Shown: piece after piece, positions 42,501-50,245 of the stretch | Layout: every line of letters starts with the position of its first letter | How positions within the stretch are numbered: position 1 is the first letter of the stretch | Source: Octopus vulgaris | Lineage: Eukaryota | Length of the DNA stretch: 64,000 nt | Assembly (NCBI GenBank): GCA_951406725.2 | Contig: OX597814.1 | Location: 162,068,001 to 162,132,000, forward strand | Direction of reading: 5' to 3' | Notes under the pieces: generated by a model | What the model saw: only the letters and a program-made list of their open reading frames with translations | Told to the model about the DNA's origin: nothing | Databases searched by the model: none | Program-made: the position numbers and the translations under genes

Positions 42501-44109
42501 AAGAGGTGCTCTCTAACACTTTCATTCGTATTCAAGTAATTATTTAGATCTTTGTCTTAGTTGTCGTTTTCCTCAAATCTTTTGCTTTGATATTTACATT
42601 TTTTAAAATATTTTGTTGGAAGATTATTCCTACCCCTCTGTTTTGAAGATTTTAGTTTATTTCCTCCTCCTCTTTCTAAGTTATTTTGAAAGTGTTAAAT
42701 ATGTTTAGCAGTGCAAAAGTAAGGATTTTCTCCATCCGGGAGTCTTTATCTCCCCTTTGTTTATTATTTATTTGTTATTCAAAAATTATTAAACTTGATA
42801 GCAGACCAAAGGCAGATATTGCTCTTTCTCATATTTATACTCTCCTGAAAGATGATGCAATATATTGTAAGAGTTGCATCATCACATAGAAATACTGTAT
42901 CACCCTATAACCTAGCAGATTGAAGGTGATGCAATACCACATAAATTTACAGGAATATTTTCATAATTTTTCCTGTTTTATCTAAAATTCAGCAAATAAA
43001 TTGAATACAATTTTATGTATTTTATATCTGATAAATATTTGATATTGCTTTTATTCTGTTTAGAATGACAAGAGTATTGTCTGAATTTAATTTGAGGGTC
43101 TAATGGACCCATACAGTAATGTATAAAGTGAAATTTTCTAGCTTTTATAAGCATATGGAAAAGTTCCTGTTTGACAAATAAAAGAGAGTCTAGAAAAAAT
43201 AAGAGCCATTAGAAGTCAGCAGAATCAAATGATATAAACAATAGGAAAAAAGCAACTGAAATGGGTCTATTGGACCCATTGATTGACAGAAGGTTAGGAC
43301 AAAGAAATATATATTTCTTTACTACCCACAAGGGGCTAAACACAGAGGGGACAAACAAGGACAGACAAACGGATTAAGTCGATTACATCGATCCCAGTGC
43401 GTAACTGGTACTTAATTTATCGACCCCGAAAGGATGAAAGGCAAAGTCGACCTCGGCGGAATTTGAACACAGAACATAGCGGCAGGCGAAATACGGCTAC
43501 GCATTTCGCCCGGCGTGCTAACGGTTCTGCCAGCTCGCCGCCTTGAAATATAGATTCCAGAGATATGGTAGCAAAGACCTAATTTCCATAAAACAGAGTA
43601 ACCCACTAATACTTAATGTTCTGGCTACAATTTTTTCTAATTGCTCTGTAAATAATTTTTTCTGTTTTTTAGATGGCAGTTTCTGATAAAATCAAAAAAA
43701 GCATTTTCCACTTAGAAAGATAATTTTTCTTTGATTCATTAGTAAGATGTAAATGTGGCAACTGTAGAAGGATTTTACTCAGCTAGAATTCTTGTTTTGC
43801 ATTCATTTTTTTCTCTCTTTTCACTTGCTTTTTCTTTTTCTTTTTTTCAGAAATGGACCCCCAAACAAATTTGCTCGGTTCGGTGGAGGTGGGAGAGGAT
43901 TTCGGAACTTCAGCCGAGGGGGCAGCTTTGAGGGTGGGTCCCGAGGATATGGGGGTGGCTATGGCAGTAATTACCGTGGTGGGATGAGTACAGGGTTCAC
44001 CAACAACTGGAGAGGTGGTGGCGGGTACCGCGGTGGATACAATCGTGGTGGTGGGTATAACAGAGGTGGAGGTTATCAGCGATCTGGGGGTGGTGGGGGT
44101 TACTACTGA
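8799..44109 (+). CDS. DHX9: ATP-dependent RNA helicase A (DHX9/maleless ortholog), spliced, 5'-partial, 29 coding exons in window
   Basis: Joined exons keep one frame (3573 nt) with GT-AG introns and compatible phases. Motifs: dsRBD1 tail [17 protein letters not shown], dsRBD2 [12 protein letters not shown]...[34 protein letters not shown], Walker [55 protein letters not shown]2/OB region and RGG tail. About 37 N-terminal codons not found in the window. Confidence 0.98.
9105..9270 (-). mobile_element. (GAT)n-tailed retroposon, antisense copy
   Basis: gctggatgcccttcctaacaccaaccactc...tttttatgtggcacca is the reverse complement of the 9375-9572 core. Confidence 0.8.
9375..9572 (+). mobile_element. 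Short retroposon with (GAT)n tail (SINE or 5'-truncated RTE-like LINE end)
   Basis: ggtggcacgtaaaaagcacc...ggttggcgttaggaagggcatccagctgtag...gctagcatgg...acggacgttaaacgatgatgatg; relatives at 1-152 (+), 6010-6130 (-), 9105-9270 (-) and 60660-60780 (-). Confidence 0.85.
9799..9895 (+). CDS. DHX9: DHX9 exon (inter-dsRBD linker)
   Basis: tttcag|[32 protein letters not shown]|gtaag; phases 0/1 fit the neighbouring exons. Confidence 0.85.
9988..10088 (+). CDS. DHX9: DHX9 exon (linker)
   Basis: gatag|[34 protein letters not shown]|gtaatt. Confidence 0.88.
10929..11143. mobile_element. piggyBac-derived MITE, same family as 30900-33053
   Basis: ttaacctttttgatactaaccc matches one end of the piggyBac; cagaaatatggaaatgaaaggg matches the other. 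Confidence 0.75.
11753..11892 (+). CDS. DHX9: DHX9 exon (dsRBD2 N-terminal part)
   Basis: cttcag|[46 protein letters not shown](R)|gtaagt. Confidence 0.96.
20547..20762 (+). other. Candidate DHX9 poison (PTC/NMD) exon with alternative acceptors 20547, 20627 and 20630
   Basis: Consensus donor CAG|GTAAGT at 20762/20763; two pyrimidine-tract acceptors with branch-like motifs; early in-frame TAA from every acceptor. Confidence 0.55.
21500..21534. repeat. (TA)n microsatellite
   Basis: Direct observation; similar tracts near 26030, 50200, 53886, 58699 and 63398. Confidence 0.95.
23299..24467 (+). mobile_element. Decayed mariner transposon (transposase pseudogene)
   Basis: Frameshifted transposase pieces [34 protein letters not shown] (WVPHEL-like) and HLPYSPDI (YSPDLAP-like); degenerate TIRs tcctataaataatgtggcttttt / aaaaccgcgttatttatgga. 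Confidence 0.9.
26166..26212 (+). CDS. DHX9: DHX9 47-nt exon (dsRBD2 middle)
   Basis: tgtag|(R)[15 protein letters not shown]|gtaagt; follows a 14.3-kb intron. Confidence 0.94.
26446..26582 (+). CDS. DHX9: DHX9 exon (dsRBD2 C-terminal helix)
   Basis: gttag|[46 protein letters not shown]|gtatgt. Confidence 0.96.
27030..28750 (+). mobile_element. Highly degenerate LINE-like remnant (possibly RTE clade)
   Basis: Purine-rich block unlike flanking intron; weak resemblance to RT motif SVLSPLLFII ([12 protein letters not shown]); no intact ORF; boundaries approximate. Confidence 0.4.
28951..29040 (+). CDS. DHX9: DHX9 exon
   Basis: ttacag|[30 protein letters not shown]|gtaagt. Confidence 0.9.
29148..29315 (+). 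CDS. DHX9: DHX9 exon (MTAD)
   Basis: taaag|[12 protein letters not shown]...[27 protein letters not shown]|gtgagt. Confidence 0.94.
29969..30046 (+). CDS. DHX9: DHX9 exon
   Basis: tttag|[26 protein letters not shown]|gtaagt. Confidence 0.92.
30490..30609 (+). CDS. DHX9: DHX9 exon (Walker A)
   Basis: ttcag|[10 protein letters not shown]...[13 protein letters not shown]|gtaatt. Confidence 0.96.
30900..33053 (-). mobile_element. Decayed piggyBac transposon
   Basis: TTAA at both ends; TIRs ccctctcattacta / tagtatcgaaaggg; transposase fragments [41 protein letters not shown] and [13 protein letters not shown], with stops and frameshifts. Confidence 0.93.
33638..33709 (+). CDS. DHX9: DHX9 exon
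   Basis: tttag|[24 protein letters not shown]|gtaaaa. Confidence 0.95.
34579..34720 (+). CDS. DHX9: DHX9 exon (motif Ia)
   Basis: tccag|[17 protein letters not shown]...[22 protein letters not shown]|gtatgt. Confidence 0.96.
34890..34972 (+). CDS. DHX9: DHX9 exon (DEIH box)
   Basis: ttcag|[28 protein letters not shown]|gtaagt. Confidence 0.97.
35154..35310 (+). CDS. DHX9: DHX9 exon (SAT motif)
   Basis: tttag|[11 protein letters not shown]...VVLMSATVD...VYGRVFPVQ|gttagt. Confidence 0.96.
35436..35542 (+). CDS. DHX9: DHX9 exon
   Basis: catag|[36 protein letters not shown]|gtaatc. Confidence 0.95.
35837..35935 (+). CDS. DHX9: DHX9 exon
   Basis: tacag|[33 protein letters not shown]|gtaagt. 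Confidence 0.95.
36063..36177 (+). CDS. DHX9: DHX9 exon (motif IV)
   Basis: ggcag|[38 protein letters not shown]|gtaagt. Confidence 0.96.
36384..36478 (+). CDS. DHX9: DHX9 exon
   Basis: ttcag|[32 protein letters not shown]|gtaagt. Confidence 0.96.
36819..36892 (+). CDS. DHX9: DHX9 exon (motif V)
   Basis: tttag|[24 protein letters not shown]|gtaagt. Confidence 0.96.
36990..37142 (+). CDS. DHX9: DHX9 exon (motif VI)
   Basis: ttcag|[50 protein letters not shown]|gtgagt. Confidence 0.97.
37648..37808 (+). CDS. DHX9: DHX9 exon
   Basis: ttcag|[27 protein letters not shown]...EAEALLK|gtgact. Confidence 0.95.
37908..38019 (+). CDS. DHX9: DHX9 exon (HA2)
   Basis: tctag|[37 protein letters not shown]|gtaagt. 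Confidence 0.96.
38623..38787 (+). CDS. DHX9: DHX9 exon (HA2)
   Basis: tgcag|[18 protein letters not shown]...[18 protein letters not shown]|gtgtgt. Confidence 0.93.
38880..38964 (+). CDS. DHX9: DHX9 exon
   Basis: ttcag|[28 protein letters not shown]|gtaatc. Confidence 0.94.
39549..39647 (+). CDS. DHX9: DHX9 exon
   Basis: tgtag|[33 protein letters not shown]|gtaagt. Confidence 0.95.
40567..40734 (+). CDS. DHX9: DHX9 exon (OB fold)
   Basis: tgcag|[26 protein letters not shown]...[10 protein letters not shown]|gtaatt. Confidence 0.96.
41046..41161 (+). CDS. DHX9: DHX9 exon (OB fold)
   Basis: gatag|[38 protein letters not shown](W)|gtaagg. Confidence 0.95.
41250..41990 (-). mobile_element. 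Degenerate LINE-like remnant (possibly CR1/L2 3' region)
   Basis: GC-richer strand-biased block inside a DHX9 intron; only weak peptide resemblance. Confidence 0.3.
42074..42271 (+). CDS. DHX9: DHX9 exon
   Basis: ttcag|[31 protein letters not shown]...GLADQT|gtgagt. Confidence 0.94.
43312..43542 (-). mobile_element. Young tRNA-derived SINE with Nin-domain-like core
   Basis: - strand ggcggcgagctggcagaaccgttagc...gttcaaattcc...gcctttcatcctttcggggtcgataaattaagtaccag; CpGs intact; candidate TSD gaaatata at 43304-43311 and 43545-43552; older copies at about 2350-2540 (+) and 59605-59792 (-). Confidence 0.88.
43851..44109 (+). CDS. DHX9: DHX9 last coding exon (NLS-like GPPNKFARF plus RGG/YGG tail)
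   Basis: Long pyrimidine tract, cag|[17 protein letters not shown]...[24 protein letters not shown] at 44107-44109. Confidence 0.95.
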
Positions 44110-46467
44110 ATTCAATAAAATACCTAGAACACTATAATAGATGAACGTTGTTTTCATCTTGGATGTTTGAGCTTTCTTTACCAGTTCCAGCTCATTATAA
44201 CTGGAATTTCTGCTACAACTATTGTTAGTTGCAGTCACTCGACCAAAGGCCCAAATATTAGATTCATTTTCATCTCCCCTCCCCTTATAAATATATGTAG
44301 ACTTATTTTGTTGTTTAGTTTTATATCTTGTGAAATTGGTTTAGTTCCTTTAGTTTGAAACAATGTGTTCTTGTTCTTATAAGTTTTATGTAAATCATTT
44401 TGCAGGTTTCCTAAGAACAGGTTTGTTCCCTTTATTGAGGGCAAAAGGCAGTGTTTTGTCAAGGTCTTTTAATTACAGGTGTAGTTAAAATCTATTATTT
44501 GTTTCTTCTGGCATAAAATTCCCTTATTACTGAAGCTGCATGTTTCCGGTTTGTGAATTAGTAATTAAGTGAATAAGACTGTGCAAACAATCCATTCTGT
44601 ATCACACAGTGTGTGATGGTTTATTCTCAGTAGGCTGTAACTCTTTTATTTTTGCTTATGAAAATGCCATATGTATTTTTACATAGGTGAAATTAGCTCC
44701 TTTATACAGTTGTTAATTAACCTTTTGTTAGTTTACTTTGAGTTTTCATCATATCTTTATCACTGACCATTTACAGTCGAGGCTCATAATTCTTTCATAA
44801 CCCTCTTAGCTGCTACTTAAAAATCTGCCAACCATATCTTCTTGTTAGTCTTTCTGAAAATGCTCCCACAGAGAAAAGAAATTTCCACTCTTACCACCGC
44901 GACCACCACCGCCACCACCTCATAGTTGATTATCAGTCCGAGTGTTAAGAATTTATGAATGGCCACCCCCACCCCCAGTCAGCTAAAAGTGATCAGTTAG
45001 TATTGACTCATTATTTTCTAAGCAGGATTATCTCTTCTATAAAAACCAGGAAATTATATTGGGAACAATATTATTTCTAATATTTCTCTTGTCCAAAATG
45101 AATGTAATTGCAGAAGTCTTATTGATTAACATTAATATTGGTATTACAGCTTTTAAACTGTAAATTGGGAAACTGTTTTCATTTGGCAGGATGAATGAGA
45201 TTTTTTTTCCTGTAGTTTTTATTTATGGTGAAAGATTTTCTTTGATCAAAATTAACAACAAATGGTTTGATCTCTTGGCCAACATAAAATTCCTGTGGGG
45301 GTTGTAATAGGTATTTCCAATGTATACATAGTCAGGAATCATAAGTTTTTAATGTCTACATTTGTATAAAATACATTTTACATTTTCGGGCTCATTATAC
45401 TCTCAGCAGAAAGTTCCTGATATCGCCACCTCCTAAAACTTTTTTTCCCCAAAAATTCCTTGTCACTCCAAACCCTAGTTTCATAAGCACATTGGAAAAG
45501 GAGCAAGTTTCATAACTCCTATTTTCCTTGCACAAAATGCATTATACAATTTTTTTATTTTAATTTTTTTTTCCCTTTTAGAAACCTCAGCACTCCATAT
45601 TTTTTACTCTACTAGTTTCAAAATACATTTTTTGTCACATTACAGCCATTTAGTTTTTTTTTATAAATGGCACCACCTCCTTATCAAAACAAAAATTAGA
45701 AATAACAAATTAGTCAAACCCTTTCACCAGTGATGAAGATAAAATCATGGCAACTAAACAGAATTGAATGTGACAAGTTTCTATTTTTTTCCCCTCATTT
45801 GTTGCCTGTTATGATGGAAGGATTTTTAAAGACAATATTTTTATTGTCTTATCAAAAGTATAAAGAAGTAACTAACAAAGGCTAGCTTTAACTTTGGTAC
45901 ATTTTGTTTTTCCACTATCTTTTCTAGCCTTTACTCTCTCTACATTTACTTGCACCTTAAATTTATTTATTTCTAGAGCTTTCTACTCACATGTCCCCAC
46001 CAGTTAAAAGAAAAAAAAAAAAAAAAATTCCTAATCTTTAATTTTTTTTGCGAGATCTGAAAGCTTCCAAGTAGTAACATTTGACTAACAAATTTGTTGC
46101 TCCACTTGTAAACAATATCTTCCTTGACCAACCTGCACTTTAACCTCTATTTTGGTCTCATTGGTTTAGTATCCTAATTTCAGCATTCAAGCACTTGCAT
46201 CATTACATCATTATACCTATTGTAAAAAAGAAAAAAAAAATTCAAAAAATAAAAACCCAATTCTAGCAGTGTTGCCTTATCTCAGAATTGAGGAATCATT
46301 TTTGTACATATAAACATCAAGTTGTTAGTTTACTGCAGGCTTCTCCTCCAAACTACTCTAACAACATCTGGGGATGTATAAACTTTCTTGGCTTCTAGAA
46401 GTTTTTCATTCACTTTTCTTCCTTCACTTTTCCAGAATCAAGCCCTTTTCAATTTCTAAAGATCAAA

Positions 46468-46512
46468 AATAAAGATTTCCATAGTTGTTCTGTGTTGTGT
46501 TATTTTTTTTTT
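46468..46512 (+). terminator. Probable distal DHX9 polyadenylation site
   Basis: AATAAA at 46468-46473 followed by GU/U-rich downstream element gttgttctgtgttgtgttatttttttt. Confidence 0.55.
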
Positions 46513-46814
46513 TTACCTCGGAAGCGTGAATGCTTACCTTTGTATAGAGTAGTGTTGGCAAGTAGGTCAGTACATGGAACATATAACTGTTAATGTTTTG
46601 ACAGAAAGCCTTCAGAATTAGTTAGCATTTTGTTTTCAGGAAATAGAAAGTTATTTGGCATAAGTGTAAAATGACATTTTCAGTAGCCTTGATTTACATC
46701 TCTTAACCGATGCAAACCAATAATGTACCAGACAGCTCAGTAAGTGGGGCATGAATTCTCAAAAGAAAGTTTTAAAGTATAACAACTTACAGAAATACAC
46801 TGATTATATAATCT

Positions 46815-46820
46815 TTTATT
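46815..46820 (-). terminator. Candidate RXR polyadenylation signal
   Basis: TTTATT on + strand (AATAAA on -), about 1.6 kb past the RXR stop; alternatives near 47038 and 47268. Confidence 0.35.
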
Positions 46821-48452
46821 ACAAATACATTTTGTTGCTGATATAGGGCAAGTGTTAACAATACTGGACAATTAGGATCAAGGATTATTTCTTTTGATTG
46901 GTGCAAAATAATACCTGTTCAGAATGGCAAGAGAATTTTAATTCAGGAGGCCAGATGTAACTTTGTCCACTCCCTTCCAGCTCGGATATTTAAAGTTATA
47001 AAATAGTCCTGAACTGAACCCAAAAGAAAATTTAACTTTTATTAAATCACTTTTGCACATATACCAAATCTGGCCTAACTTTACTGCAGCAAGCTGATGT
47101 GACAAGGGAGGTAAAAATTATTTACTTCAATTTCTGTGAAAATTAATTCAGAAAGTCAATTGTGATAAAATGAAGCAGAAAGTGGGGAGAGCACCATGGA
47201 GACATTTGAAGGGTAATAGTTTTCAAAGTGGCACATAGAACAAATTTAACAGTAGTAGAAAGACATCTTTATTTAGCTTTGTTTATAATATTCTATTCTT
47301 GGTATCCATACTGGAGTTTGTTTTGTTATTTTTGAAGCCAGAATTTATTTTCTCAAATTCACTGATCTTATATAGAACTTTGACCATGACTAAACTTCAG
47401 AATTATAAGTTTAGAAGCACAGTAAACAAAACATTTAACTTAGTAAAACACTTAAAATCAATAAGCCAGTTTCAATATAGAATATCTCATGGAGATGCTA
47501 AACTTGATGTCCAAAAGCAAAGTTTAGGCAATAAATGAGATCAAAGTATCAGCAACATTGCTGTCGTATCAGATGAGAGATAGGGTAGAGGATTGGCAGA
47601 TTTATTTCAGAGATGCTATCAAATCTCTGGCATGACAGATTTCAGGTATTTTCTTACTTTGTCAGTTGTTTATGTTCAGTGCAAGTGACTGGCAGCATTG
47701 CAACCAGATAAACACAGTTACAATTATGTGGTAAAGACAATCACTTGGATAAAAAGGCAAGAAATAAATTACAGTGAAAGTAAAATGCAAGAGAGTTTAA
47801 TTAGCTACGCCAACATAATGAAATTACTTCTTTAACTCTTTCCATGCATTAAGAATGAGCAAAGAAGCATTCTCAACAATTGTCTGTTGAGGAAAGAAGC
47901 AACCAAATGAGATTTGATGAAGTGAAATCACTTAAGAATAATGGAATTACTTTCACATATACCAAGATATAAACAAATGAAAATGTGTAGAAATAGCTAT
48001 CTGAAAGTAAGCAGTTGGAGATGGATTGAATTAAACAAAGAGAATGTTGCTGTGATTTCATTTAGTGCCTTTCTTAATGTTGAGCAGACAATGTTTCAGG
48101 TAAGGTTGGCTAGATATAAAAGTAATATGTCTGGAGCAGCAGTAAAATCAGCAATATGGATAGGGAAACAAAAAGAATTTCATAGGAAGCTTCAAATATG
48201 CACCAGGATTATAGGAGACGATACAGCCTGGTGGATGAAAGGAGGGAGGGGGAGATTTACATGGAAATTATCCCAATCCCAAACACAGTTGACCAAATTA
48301 GAGTAGCAGAACAATATAATTTGGTTATCTGCTGCTTTCATTTCATGGAGCCAACTGTGCTGGAGAGTGAGGAATAACGGTCACAGAAGTAGTATGTGTG
48401 GCTGGTGTTGGGCAAGTTTCACATTTCTCAACTTTACGTCTTTATAAAATGT

Positions 48453-48706
48453 CTATGTTTGAGGACTGGGAGTTTCTAACATTTCCATCAAGAATGTATC
48501 GATTGGAGTGTCCCCTATAAGTTTGAAGAAAAATAAGTGCTCCAGACACTTTAGTCCAATGCTTCTCAGTGCAGGCAAACGCAATAACAGTTTGGCAAAG
48601 CGGCCAGTTTCTTCTGGGTATTGGCATTTGCAATATTCTTCTAAACTAGCATAAACCTTTTCCCTCAGAGATTCAACTTCTTGTGTTGAAACTAGGCCTT
48701 TAGCAT
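48453..48706 (-). CDS. RXR: RXR last coding exon (H9-H12, AF-2)
   Basis: ttttcag|[84 protein letters not shown]. Confidence 0.97.
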
Positions 48707-50189
48707 CTGAAAAGATAAAACATTGTTGTTAATAACAAGAATAAAATTATTTCGGCATTAAATTTGTATTTTCAACAATATCCATACTAAATGTGTATGG
48801 AAATGTAGCACTGACAAAAAATACTCCAGATTACAAAATGACAAAATTAAAAGAAACACAAAAATAACTTACCATAACTTAGACGTCTTTTATGCAAGTT
48901 TTTAGCAGTTGGTCTAATAAATGTGATCTCATTGTCTATTGGAAACAGTGGAATGCATGTGAATTAAGTACCAAATGGATTATAAAAGTTGGGTGCAAGG
49001 AAGTACAGTAACAGACAGAATAAAGAAATATGTAAGATGTAGCATTGAGTATAAAATAATCGAAATATTCCATTACAGACCACCTTATGCCCCTTCCAAT
49101 GTAGGTGAAAAAATGGAAGCGGGGGTATTTTGGCTAGATTACCTGTTTTATAGGTAAGCTCTTTAATAAATCACTATGTTTACAGCTCCTCAATCTCTGT
49201 AGTCTAATAAAAAGCCCGTTCTCATTTTTGTTCGTGCAAGTGCCGAATAAATCAATTACGACTATTGTGTAAGGGAGGTAACTCTAAAGTCGTGACGAGA
49301 ATTCAATCGCTAAATGAAGGGACTCGTTGAGATAGAAAACTATTACATTATCGAGGCGATGTTTGAAAAACAATGGTTAAGATAGTGTTAACATTTAATG
49401 TAGACACTATCGAATGCTAAGTGAAATAACTGGGGGGTGGGGGTGATCAATAGATATTGACCAGAGATATTTTGATAATTTTGGTATACGAGGGGAGGTA
49501 ATTCCAGATGTTTACGTGCTATGATTTTATAAGTGAAGCAGTTTTCATAATTGCATTAACAGCAATAGGAGAATTGTTTAATGTACAAATGGTTGGCGTA
49601 GAAATGAAGGTTACACTAGCAATTACCGATTTGAATCCCATTCCAAAGAAAAGCGATTTCTATGAACCAGCTCACAAGGACCTGTTATTCTTACACCCAG
49701 TACAACAATCTCTGGAATGACTGGTAAGTAACAGCATCAGTTCTAAACCCAATCCATTACATTTCTTCCTCCAAGCCACAAGCATTTAGCAATGTCTTCA
49801 AAACCTGCTCTATCTTTCAGGAAAGTATTTCCATAAACAGTTTCTCCAAGTGAACTTCCATGCTCTTGATATCAATACCAACACTCATCTGGCTAACTTT
49901 CTCAGCCATGTAAACATTCATCTAACTAAGTCAAGATATTCTTTGGCAGCAGAATCTGATGATGGGAATACCTTTCTGGTTTTCTTCAATATGAAGAAAT
50001 CTTTCTATAACTTGATAGGCGCAGGAGTGGCTGTGTGGTAAGTAGCTTGCTTACCAACCACATGGTTCCGGGTTCAGTCCCACTGCGTGGCATCTTGGGC
50101 AAGTGTCTTCTGCTATAGCCCTGGGCCGACCAATGCCTTGTGTGTGGATTTGGTAGACGGAAACTGAAAGAAGCCTGTCGTATATATGT

Positions 50190-50245
<56 letters not shown>

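Noticed and set aside
43783-44238. 151-aa Thr/Pro/Ser-rich ORF on the - strand
   Set aside because: Antisense shadow of the Gly/Arg-rich DHX9 last exon; no independent gene signals.
50018-50095. tRNA-like A and B boxes
   Set aside because: Head of a multi-copy SINE; no cloverleaf, so not a tRNA gene.
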